From positions 248,001-312,000 of the forward strand of contig JAQGDQ010000032.1 of NCBI GenBank assembly GCA_030141605.1: DNA of 64,000 nt, written 5' to 3'. A program made the position numbers and the translations under genes. Below are positions 25,601 to 38,221 of the stretch, piece by piece. The notes beneath the pieces were generated by a model. It had not been told where the DNA came from and did not search any database. It worked only from the letters and a program-made list of their open reading frames with translations. Position 1 is the stretch's first letter. The number at the start of each line of letters is the position of its first letter. The DNA comes from Tubiluchus corallicola. Its lineage: Eukaryota; Animalia; Priapulida.

Positions 25601-25959
25601 ATACATGCATTCAATTTCGACAGAACGCCAAGTGCATGCGAAATTTTAAATAAAACTGTTCATTGGGACTGAGGCAAACGATAAAAGAAACGATGAATAA
25701 AAAATATTCGGACATGTTAGTGATATGTACTGTAGAGGCAAAGAAAGAATTTCAGAGAAAATCTGACAGGTTGTGAGAATCTGGGCCGTTTACATTTTTG
25801 CACTCGAAGTTTTCAAACGTGCTTCACGTTAAGAGGACCTATAATAGCTAAGCGTTTTATATTATATGGTTCGGCAAGTAGGCGTGTGTTTATATTCAAC
25901 ATAAACCGGCTAAATATTTATTAGTATGCGCTAGAAGTTACAGATTTTTAATCGCTGCG

Positions 25960-26065
25960 CCGATCATGCACGCGCGCGACGAGAGTGCACTGGTTTCAGT
26001 TGCTTATTGTGAAGCACTACTGTCTAGAGTGGCAGAATGTCTGAAAATGACGCGTGACAGTAAGT
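25960..26065 (+). promoter_or_regulatory. Candidate core promoter / 5' exon of the aminopeptidase gene
   Basis: A CpG-rich patch (cacgcgcgcgacg) is followed by Inr-like TCAGTT (~25997) and a GTAAGT donor at ~26060, about 300 bp upstream of the ATG. Confidence 0.3.
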
Positions 26066-26357
26066 GAACAGCGTTTAAAATAAGAAAGTAAAAAGGATGC
26101 GTTTATTTGTGGAAGAAGCACCGACTGTCCATCGGTGATGTTTCTTCAACGTATTGAGTTCCTGTAGCAGCAAAAAGCAGCGATAAACCACATGAGAAGC
26201 CATAGAGATAACCATGGGAAATGCGTGTTCGACGCACGGATGCACATAAATTCCACAGACAATGGAACCTTTCAGAGATTAAAGAAATAAACCGAAACAT
26301 ACACTACCGTGTTTGTGCACAAGCGTGTGATGAAGTGACGCATTATTTGAAGCTCTG

Positions 26358-29300
26358 ATGGGTTTCGGTCAAGCAGACATGTCCAAGGTCAACCGGGTTC
26401 AGGCCGGAACAGTGTTTTTCATAATTTCCCTTATTGTTATCATTGGTGTGTTAATCGGTGTATTATTTGCACGAGGCAGACGCGAGCCGTCCGAAACTAA
26501 TGGAGAAACGACAGAAGCGGACGATTTTCTTACGAATTTTACGCTCATGACGCGCATGACGCAGATACCGCCCTTACCGCAGAGTCCGTTTTCGGAACTG
26601 GTGGACGTGGTCACACCTGCCGCTGCGGCGGTAACGCGTCGTCCGACTACAGCAAAACTCAAGCCGCCAAAAAAACCGGATCTTCATTTGCCGGGAAATC
26701 TGGAACCTAGGCACTATGATATTCGAGTTCAGCCATTTTTAGAAGATGGCAATTTTACATTCCATGGTGAAGTGACCATTACCATGACCGTCTTAAACAA
26801 ATTAAGAACCATTTCTTTACATTCTTATAAATTGACATTAGTCAGTGTTAAAGTATATTTAGACGAGGGTTATAAATTGAGAGAAATTCCAGTGAGTGAC
26901 GTAACACTAGACCTAGTAAGACAGTTCGTGCTTATTCTTCTCAGCGAAGATGTTTTTCCACGAAGCAATGTTGTTTTAAGCATTACTTACAGTGGCACAC
27001 TTACAACCGACCTTAGAGGCTTTCATATTGTATCATATCGGGATCCAAGAGGAAATAATAGGTAACATTCCTATTCGACAATAGGTAATAGGTAATGTCA
27101 CAGTAACATTCGTTACTCATGCAATACGTTATTGTTGTTGCTATTAGTTCTGCAACACGACATCATCATTGTTATTGGCCGCTTTATCCCCAACATCATC
27201 GTCGGCATCGACATCATCATCATCATCGTCACTGTCGTCGTCATCGTCACCGCCACCACCATCATCATCAATATCATCATCATCACGTACAAATAGAATA
27301 GGTCTGCCTACATGCACAACTTCCTGCATTTTATTTCAAAGAACTAAAACTTGATGACAATCGCTTTGGGTACTCAAAATAGAATGTATAAGAGCGTTTA
27401 AAACCGCGTGCACACCATGTTAAGAAAACAAACGCACATCATAAGACCACGTGGTAAGACGTTGACTAATGTCTAATGTCGACGGGTCACGGCTTAATAA
27501 ATGCTAGTAGATTACTGTAGATTATAAGCCAAGTTGAGCTTTTATTGCAATTGCGTCAGAGATACGAATATTCTTAAATGTGCTCATAGCCTCATACTGG
27601 CTTAGCATGTTTAAATCTGCCAGAATAATCCAGAATTCGAGTTTATTTTCAAAATTTATGTTAAATCTCTAAAGACCTGCACAGCTAGGTTATATAATAG
27701 TGGTAAGAATCCTTGCGATTTTTTGCATTTATCTGGCGTAGTAGATTTTCTGCAAGAAGACTGGAAATGTATTTTTCATAGTATTTATATACATATAGTC
27801 TTTGTTTACTGGTCCCTTTAAAACATTGCCTACAGTTCTTAGTTTTATTACGTTGTTTTCACTTAACACGCTCAGTTTCCCCACTGCATGTATTACCAGT
27901 TCTTGTTTTGTCAGTATGTATTCCACCAGTGATCATTTCACCAGTGAAATACTTCATTATAATATTATTAGATTTATATAAAGCCTTCAGTTTGTAATTT
28001 TGTTAGTATGTCAATTGCCATAGCACGTTTTGTCAGTGCTTGTTTCCCCAGTGCAGTACTCATTGCATACCCATTCCCCAGTGCATGCTCCCCACTTTCA
28101 CCAATATTCGTTTCGCCCCTCTAAGTTGCCAGTTAGGACACGTACCGCCTTGGGCAGCTACATTGCAGACCTCTGGTGGGTCGCAAAAACGGAAGCCGTA
28201 AAAAAGGCAGAAGACCTCAGGTGGGTCGCAACAGCGAAGGCCAGAAAGCCAGCGTGCTGCATCGTGCTTCATAGCTCGTGAAATCTCTTGTAGTTACCTA
28301 AATTGATTATTGGTAGACGTCCTGATTGTCTAAAACACCAAACCAAAGTAAATCACCCAAAAAGAGAATATAACGCTTTGAAGTGATAAAAAACCGAATG
28401 TAGCTTAATGAAATCAACTTAGGAAAATCTAGAGGTCTATCGGGCTTTCGATCTGTGGGCAGACAAAGCTTAAGAGGACGAACAGCAGGCACTGGTTCAT
28501 AGAGAAATATGACCGGATTGTCTCTCAGCCTCCAAGCAATGCGGTACAGTGCGCTAGATTCATTAGAAATTCAGGACAGTTTACGTCCCTGCCTTCATTA
28601 GTAATTTCTTTACAGTAAAAGCACAGTTTGAAAGTTACGTGAACCAATCAGACGCCATTTTTCACCAAAATGAGCGCGCCCAAGCGTGAAGTCATCGCAA
28701 TTTTAAATTGAAATTATTAATTACACGAGGCGCTTATCACAATTTCAATGCTGAAACTTCCTAACATTTTTCTCAAATATTAGAATAAGCTCAACTTCCC
28801 GAGAGACTTCGCTTTTACTTTAATACGTCCGTTATAAAGCTACTAGTATTGTTGACAAATGTTTCATTGGCAAAATGATCATTAGTGAAATGCATAATTG
28901 TCGGTGAATTACGGCTGGTGAAACTGACGACTGACAAACTGTGCACTGGCGAAAACGAGGAATAGCAAAACAAAAAACTAACAAAATTAGTGCTAGCGTA
29001 TGAAAAGTTATATTATGATAGTAGTTACGTTATGCGCACTAATGAAACGTACAACTGACAAAGTTATGACTGGCCAAATGTATAGCTGGCGAAGTATACA
29101 CTTGTGAAATGTACATCTCACAAAGTTGTCATTAATAATTGATGACCTTAAAATCAAAACTACAAATAATCAATTATTAAGCTCTTCTAATCACAAACTT
29201 ACCTCAGAATAAAACTTAAAAACCGATGAACTGCTAATGTTTAATATCAGGACTGAGCAGTGAGCAAAGTTTAATAATTTGAGTTTTCAACCTTTCTTTT

Positions 29301-32300
29301 GTAAACAGAAAGCGAGTGACGCTTCCAAAGTTAAACATCTTTGTCATTGCAGAGTTATAGCCACATCACAATTCCAGCCAGTTGATGCTAGAAAAGCGTT
29401 TCCATGTTTTGACGAGCCAAGTTACAAAGCCACGTTTAACGTCACGTTAGTACGTCCGCCTAACATGGTCACGTTGTCCAATATGGACATCTTGAGAAAA
29501 GAACCGACGTAAGTGTTGTAGTATCTTGTCCGTTCCTTGCGAAGACTGTGTCGTCAATTAATAAAAATATTTTATTACAATAGTATGAAAAATATCTACG
29601 CTATCTAAAATAATGTACTGATAAAAAATGAATATCTACAACTTGACGCTTTTCGAACTCGCCGAAATAAACCAATCACCATTCAAATAAGAATTAAATT
29701 TACATTTTCATAAAAATAATTTACATTTCGCATAAAATAGATTAGGTAACATTCATTGGGGTTTTTTTGTTGAAATTCACTGCCTTTACAGCAGTTAAGT
29801 TAATGCTTGTTTCTAGGAATGCGTTTTATACAGACTAAACAGATAAATTTGCGAAATTTTGATTAACACATCCCAAGTAGTAGCGATCTTGAACGTTTGT
29901 AGATTTAAGACACCACAAAACTTGCCTATAACCAACAGTGGAGTCTCCATTTAGTAAAACTGTATCTTTTTCTTCTATGACGTCCTAAGATGCTATCTTT
30001 TTGCCTTGTGGGTTGCGAACTCTGTCATAAGATCAGTGGCAGACAGTCGATGTAAGAATGTTGATAAGATCTTTAACGTGCTTATGCACATTGATTTGTT
30101 TATTATCTTGATAAACGAAGGTAGACCTATATTTTGGCGTCCTGGTCCTTTTTATATCAAAGTTTTCACTTGAAACTAGCATATGGCGAAAGCGAACAAA
30201 ATATATTGCCTGAATACGGATCATTCAGTCTGTTAGTCTGTCAGTTAGTTAATCAGTCAAAGATTTTTCAGTTAGTCAAGTGAAGAAAATAGTAAAATAA
30301 ACAAACGAGCGAAAAACGCGCAAAAAACTGAGCAAGCTGTCAGAGCATACAGAAGAAAAAATTTGTCGTCATCTACATCTGAGTTTTTGCCAAACTGTTG
30401 TCTAAATAATTAGCTAGCTTCTCAGCATCTAAGGATCTATGTGACATTTATTTAGACGATAATTCACACCCAGTATCTCAGGTGAGGTTACTCAGATGGT
30501 AAGGCTACCTAGTGCGTAATGGTGCTTTTGCACTTGCTTCAGGTTCAGTTCCCGACTTCGTTCGCATCTTTTTCCCACTGGCCACTGCTTATCAAATTAG
30601 CAGGAAGGTTATTTGCTATCCATTATGAGACCTCAGGTTTATCAGTTGCAATCATAACAATTGATAATCTTCAGATAACATCGAAAATTTTGGAGAAAAA
30701 TTTTTTATAATCAGATTGCATAATTAAATTTGCTTTGACGCATATTACGTTGTATCAGCGAAAACTTTCGAGTACAGTACGTCCGCGTCTACAGTCTCTT
30801 CTCATGTTGTTGTTTTTGAACGAACTGACAAAAAATTGCGTAAACAACGCACCACAGAAAGTGAAAACTGGCCACCTGTTTATTATTACGTGGTTGACAG
30901 GAATGTTCAAAAAAGCTGTCAAAATTGCGCCAAACTGTTTATTTATTTTACAGCCGTAATTATCACAGTTATTATTTAAAATCGTAATTGTAGAATTTTC
31001 ATGATGGTGTTAATAGGGCATATACGCTATTATTTAAATCAATTTATTTTATCAAGTGCTAGTTGAAACTTGAAATTCAGAAAAAACAGTCCCAGTTTTT
31101 GTGAAACTAGGTAAAGCTTGTTGAAGTACACATTCAAAGGATCGATGCCTTTTTTATACAGACGCCTTGAAATAAGGCCACTGGGAACTCGAAGGTTACG
31201 ATAACCACTAATCTAGTCTTTGTTAATTAGGTGGGACGGCGCAATGGCTGACGTGTACGAAACAACGCCTCCTATGTCTACCTACTTACTTGCCTTTATC
31301 GTCTGTGATTTTCCTATGAGAAGCACCACGTCAAAGAACGGAATTGAGGTATGCGTGGCAATTTGTAAAATTTACGAAGCCATCGTAATTATTTGGCGGG
31401 CGGATCTATTACCGCAAGTACGTGATTGAGCAGGAAGCAAGCACTGCAACGGTTGCAGCATGAATAGATTCGTCCCTCACACACGCATATTTGTTGAGTT
31501 ATGATTCGTGATTTAGCTGCCGTTCCGCTGCATTTAATGCAAAAATTTTATCTGCCATATAATAATTATTGTTGAATCTATAGGGCGTATCTCCATGATG
31601 AAATTAAATTTTATGGCTGCTGCTGCCAATGATCGGGGCGTGTCCAATTTTTGCTAATATTAAATTCAGTCACTAAATCTTCATTTTGTGTGGACCAGTT
31701 AAAATAACATATATATATTACATACATATATATTACTTTAGGTTTAATGAAGTCAAAAAGTGAAACTTCCGTAATTACTCAGTCGTGTGTAATTATAAAG
31801 ATTTAGAGATAATTATTCTTCGTTGATTGGTTTATTATTAAATCTAAAATTTGCTGAAAATAACAAAGTTAAGCGGCTAAATGAAATAGAAGATGTTTAA
31901 GCAATCATATTTTATTCCGTTTCTCTTTACTTTACTTATTTTCCTTTCTTCATTCTTCTCCTCTTTTTCCGCCTTCCTCCCTTCTGATTCTACTCTTCTA
32001 CTGTTTCTTTTGCAAATTAGTACAAATATTAACATTTATTAATAAGGTAACCATATTAACTGACGTTTATGAATATTTAGATTAGGGCGATTTCAAGACC
32101 AGGGACTGCCAGACTAACAAAGTACGCCCTAAAAGCTGCCAGTCAAACAATAACATTCTTTACTGAGTTCTTTCACACGGATTTTCCACTCAAGAAGCTT
32201 GGTGAGTCTTCAAAATTTAGTAATTTTTTTAGTACATTGTATATTTCTAGTTCACGTTGACCAAAAAAGATAAAAATCGTTCTGGCTAAGTGATTGACAC

Positions 32301-35300
32301 GCTTATTTCTGCCGCTAAGATAAGTTATTTGCTTCAATTTAATTTGAAGGTGTTATACTTTTATCTAGAGTTTGCTTTAAATTAGCCGCTTGCCATTTGT
32401 CGTGTGCAGTTTCAAAAGTTTAGATATACGGGATTACCGTTTCCGTCAGAAAAGTGCTTTCTTGCTGTTACAGTGCAATCTGGACAGTACTATCACTTGC
32501 TGTTGGGGTGATTTTACCAGCGAAGCAAGGCAGATTTTCGTGCTTAAAAGAAGCACGTGCTAAAGTTTTAAAGGAAGCAAGGGCCAAACCTTCTGGGAAG
32601 TAAGGCTTATTTCAATGTATGGAGAAACTAAGAAAAGTGTGCTACGTGTCTCATGTAATTAGTAAAATCACTTTAAAGTCACGATCACTTCATGCTTGCG
32701 CACTCCCATTTTGAACGTCCGTTTTTCCACCAATGACGTCGTTCATCGCTTGAAGGAAAGCAGCACACTGTCAAGGTCCGTCAAAAGTATAAGTTTTTAC
32801 AAAAATTAAGTAGCTAATTTTGTAATTCTTTTGCATGACTGTTAGGTGAGCTGCAAAGGTTTGAATTAGTTTACGAAAAGTGATGATGCGCTTTCTAAAA
32901 GTCATGAAGTTCACCACGTTATAATTTTCAAGTGAATGGCGATTTTCACAGCGCCACAAGATTTCTAAACAGAGACAGTATAAATTAACTTTATGCTTTA
33001 TAGACAGTTTCTTTTTTTTGTAAACTTCTTAGTCATGTTTTTCTGAGTTCAGGTGATAACTGTAAAAGAAACTTAACATACAAAGTGACTTGTTTTTCAT
33101 TTAACTTTGAAAAACTCAGAGAAAAAGACAGTAAATGCAATAGATGCGGTCTGTAAATAAGCAGCAGGTCATTTTTACATTAAAACAAAAATCGAAATGC
33201 TTGGACTTGTATAGCCTAAAAAGTACTTTTTTATACCAAATGAATTTGATCCTTTTAATTACAAGCAAAAGCTAAAGGTGATCCTGGCAAACAGTAAGCT
33301 TAATTACTAAGTCACGTAACGTTAATCATTTGACATGTTCGTTTTATGCCATATAAGCTGAATGCATAGAGTTGGAAAAATAATGATAGCTGCCTTACCC
33401 AAAGCTTTTGCTTTGATTATAAATGACGCTAATTACGTGTGCGTTGCGCACACGTGTCTGTACAATGAAGCTACTAGAAAAACAGTTGCAAAGGTAAGAT
33501 ACCTAACTAAGCATGTAGTAAATAATTACCGGCCGACACAGCTTCGCATTCCAGTCGACTGGCTATGAACGTGTGGTATTGAGAGTAACGTCTGAAACAC
33601 TAAACTTAACTGGCATAACGTGTAACGTTGTTATTTTTGCACAAGTAACAATTGTACATATAAACCAATTGTAAAAGAACCAATTTTCCACAAATTATTT
33701 AAATCTGCTTCCCTAATTCCCGCGGTGTATGTAGGGCGTGTAATAATAAAAAACTCAAATTGGCAGCTTATAATAGAGCAGACAGCGGAAGTTCGCATTA
33801 AACTGCAGGCGTTAATGAGGAAATTAAGCATCTAAAATATAGAAAAGGAACAGAAAATAGCAATTTGCAGTTTTTCATTTGCTGCTTGAGGCGAAATTGT
33901 GAAATCTTAGAAGCAGAAAAATCTTCAAAACACATCGATTTTGACGCATCTTTGCTTGATCACTGTCTGACAGCCTGTTTGCAGCAAGAAAACCAACAAA
34001 TGGCAATAATATGATCAATACCGGAAGTGGAAAGCTCTCTGACTCCCGTTGTTATACTTGAGATAATGGCACACAATTTAGCATCTTCGTGATAACCATT
34101 TTATTGTAGGAGGGCAGAGTGATAACATTCCGCTACACTGCTTGATTGAAAATTGAAATCTAACATACGCCTCAGCTTCTTCCAACATTCGGGAAAATGC
34201 TGCCTTTTGTTTGGCTCATTTTAATTTCATGTAAATTTCAATAAGAAAACAATTAAGATGACGGTAACGTTGTTGCTGCCACTGATGATAACAGTGACTA
34301 TGATGACCATATTTATTATGACAGTGATAGTGATGATGATGACAACGACGACGACGACGATGATGATGATGATGATGATGATAATGATATTATTAATAGC
34401 TTTGATAGTTATTAGTTAGAAAAAGAAATGAACAAAACTATTATATTTATGAAGAAGATCGACTTATCAGCAAGTAAGCTACCAGAATCTAACATTAGAA
34501 ATATGTACTACCCAATCTACGGGACATTGCGCGAAAGCAATCTGCTTATGATGTGCGAGGTTTTTTTTAGATACATGTATTTTTATGTAGGCTGCGTAGA
34601 TAATTAATTAATATTGCTTAGTAAATTAATGTGGCTTTTTAAATTTGAAACTATTTTTTACCATTTGTATACACTCAGTAATTAAGTTTTTAACTATGCT
34701 GTGTTGTTTTAATAAATAAATGAATGAATGAATAAGCAAATAAATAAATAAACGAACAAAGGAATAAGCAAATAAATAAATAAAGTTGATGTGACAATTA
34801 TCCTAACAGTGTCTATTTTCATGGTCACAGTTTTCTGCAATTTTATGTATTGCACCTTTAACTGAATCAAAAAACGGAAAGGTGAGATGTGAAAATTTGG
34901 TTTTCTTTTATTATTCGTTTCAGATATGATAGCAATGCCGCAGTTTCTTGCAGGTGGGATGGAAAACTGGGGTTTAGCAGTTTTTCACGAATCGAAATTG
35001 TTGTGTAATGAGAGTTCATCTGACGTTTTTACACGTTACAGAGTAAGGCTAACAGTTGCCCATGAAGTAGCTCACCAGGTAAGTACAAACTGTTTCAGTG
35101 TCTACATTAGTATCTGTAACATATGAATACAGAATTTCAGGATTGCAGGTTTTCAGCAATTTTAGATGAATCGTAACCAATGTCTTCACGTTCTTCAAGT
35201 ACAGCCTACTCGGTGAAGCGATGACGCTTGTTTCAATAATTTTGCTGATGTAACAGCCTAGCTTAGCTCATTCAGGCTAGCTTAGTTGAGCATCTTCTTT

Positions 35301-38185
35301 GCAGTTTAGTTCTACAGTTAAACTGCGGTGAAATGACTTAAAAAACCTAAGTTAATCTGATTTTAACGGGCCTAGGCTGGTCTATGTTCGTCTCTAGAGC
35401 TTGATCAGCTAAGATGAAACGAATTTAAAAAACCTAACTGAGATGAACTTAAATTGAATTGAAATGAGAAGAGGAAAATTGAACTAAATTAATTCAAATA
35501 GAAGCATTTTGAAATGAAGAAATGAACTTAGGTGAATTAACTCGCAAAAATACAGACTTGTAATAAACTGACTTGAATTAAACTAGTGTAAGTCAAAATA
35601 ATGGGATAGCACAAATTTAACTGAACTGCACAGTGAGTTCCACTTTTCCAAAGATAGGCCAGTCTTCAAAGTTTCACAGTGTTGCTGTGTGTTTTCTGAG
35701 TAATTATATGTAAGTTTTTAAATTTTGAGGCACATGACAGTTGGTGTAAATCTGAATTTGGGGTTTTTTAAGCCTAATCATGATTTTGTGATGAGAGTTT
35801 CCATTTAGCAAACTGATGTTATTTCTATCGCATAATAATTCTAGAAACCTGTGTGGTCCGTTTCCTCAGTTGATCTAGTAACAATTGCTGCAAGCTATAT
35901 AGTTTGTTTTGTTGTGTTTTACGGAGGAAAATGTAAACGATATATCTGGAACGAAGGTTGGAATGTGACTTCAGTAGCTTCTTCTTACCGCGAAGCTGCA
36001 GCACTCTGGGTTAATGTTTCGTCCTTGCTTGTTGTAGTTCATGGCCCATAGCCCTGGACATCGTGCAAAATTACTGGAGGCTAAAAATTTTTTGCATATT
36101 TTGCTCTATGGCGCAGATTTATTATTTTCCTGCATTATCTGCATTGTACCGAGGCAGGCTTGGAAAATGGTTGCCCAGAAAGAGTGTAAATAACCATATT
36201 TTTTGCAAAAATGAAATGATCTTAGTTTTATAAGTTTTATAATACACCAGTCTCCAATATAATATCCAAGTCTTCATATAGCGATATGTCAATCATCCTA
36301 TGTCGCCTTCTAACTAAACTTGTCACAAGTTCGTTGTTATTAAACTTATAAGAGAGTGTAGTTTAACTTTGTTGCAAGCAGCAAAATTAGTAATTCGTGT
36401 ATTTATTAGTAAACGTATTAGCAAACTTCATTAAATATATTCTAACCAAAGCCCAGATTCGAACTCTTTGGGCTACTCGCTTGCGAAATAATTCTATAAA
36501 GCTGTCTAGATAATTTGCAGTCTCGTTCTCGTTCTTAGTTGTTCAGGTAATAAGTTTTTATACCATGACATCACAATAAAGTTGCTCCGTTTTCCAAGTT
36601 TCTACTATACGATAAAATAAATTGGCGGCTTTCCACATAGCATGTTCACGAAGAAACGGAATCATGACAATAATAAATAGCGTTTTAAATAACATGTCCA
36701 GGCAGTTGGGAAGAAAAAACTCAATAGATGGGTAACCCAATGCTTCGCATTCTGAACTAGTTTATGATATAATTACATTTGCCTCAAAATAATCCTCACA
36801 AAAACTTAATGCTTTCTATTTTTTCCTGAAGCTAAAACTAAACTCTAATCTCCATCTACGCCATCTCGCTCTTAGCCTTGAAGTGAGTTACTGGGAAGTT
36901 ACTGAACACAGAAACGATTGACGCTGTCAATGATGTTTAAATAACTGTTCTTTCTAAAAGGGTTTTTGATATCTAAAAAGAAATGTTGAACAATCATAAG
37001 TATGCTGACTAATTATATATATGTATACACTAACTCATTGTATTGTATTGTATTGTATTGTCAATTGTAATATTATTGTATTATTTATGTTCAGTTATAT
37101 GTGAGCGCATATATGTGACAATATGCGAATAAAGATAGCACATATAATAATATATAATATAATATAATATAATATAATATAATATAATATAATGTAATGT
37201 AATGTAATGTAATGTAATGTAATGTAATGTAATGTAATGCAATGCAATGCAATGCAATGCAATGCAATGCAATGCAATGCAATCCAATGCAATGCAATAC
37301 AATGCAATGCAATGCAATGCAATACAATACAATACAATACAATACAATACAATACAATACAATACAATCAATACAATACAATACAATACAATACAATACA
37401 ATACAATACAATACAATACAATACAATACAATACAATACAATACAATACAATACAATACAATACAATACAATACAATACAATACAATACAATACAATACA
37501 ATACAATACAATCAATACAATACAATACAATACAATACAATACAATACAATACAATACAATACAATACAATACAATACAATACAATACAATACAATACAA
37601 TACAATACAATACAATACAATACAATATAATATAATATATAATATACTACATATAATATATTAAGCATTTGCTGAGTAGCTGAGCTACAGAAATTGACGC
37701 GCAGTTCACATTTTTTGCTTCTAGTGGTTTGGAGATTTAGTTACTCCATCATGGTGGGATGACTTATGGTTGAACGAAGGATTTGCCTCTTATGTAGCGC
37801 AGTTGGGAGCACATGATTTTGAAGCAGTGGGAACAGTGGTAAAATGTCTATATACACATATTGTCTCAAATGGTTTTGCAAATTAATAAAGCCTCACTTT
37901 GACATAGTGAATTCTAGGTTACATTTTTAACTTTCAGGCTTAAACGCAGGTCAGAAGGCATGCGACACTAACCACGACATGTCAATTAATCAGTTAATAG
38001 AAACTGACTTGAAAGTAATCATACAACAGTGCCTATTATCTTTCATGTCACAGCCAATTAAAGAACGCGCTTTTTTAAGAATAAAGAGATACCGAAAAGT
38101 TTAAACTGATGTCTGTTTGCCATTTTGCTGCCAGCTTCTCTTTCTCCCCTCTCCCTTCCTCTGTTTCTCGCCTCACTCTCATCTT

Positions 38186-38221
<36 letters not shown>

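Noticed and set aside
27119-27354. His-, Asp- and Ser-rich ORFs (also 57348-57575, 59583-59857, 38515-38769, 60095-60410, 63380-63586)
   Set aside because: Trinucleotide/dinucleotide repeats or low-complexity intronic DNA; no splice or homology support.
27866-29135. CRISPR-like array from short regularly spaced repeats (also the TTCGAA arrays at 7240-7640)
   Set aside because: Units are degenerate, tandem and lack unique spacers; the context is eukaryotic with no cas genes.
30485-30565. tRNA gene (A/B-box-like ctcagatggtaagg ... ggttcagttccc); similar at 8360-8400 and 36450-36470
   Set aside because: No consistent cloverleaf or acceptor stem; at most decayed SINE heads.
37081-37668. Six overlapping ORFs (YCIVL / QYNTI repeats)
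   Set aside because: Pentamer microsatellite translations inside an APN intron.
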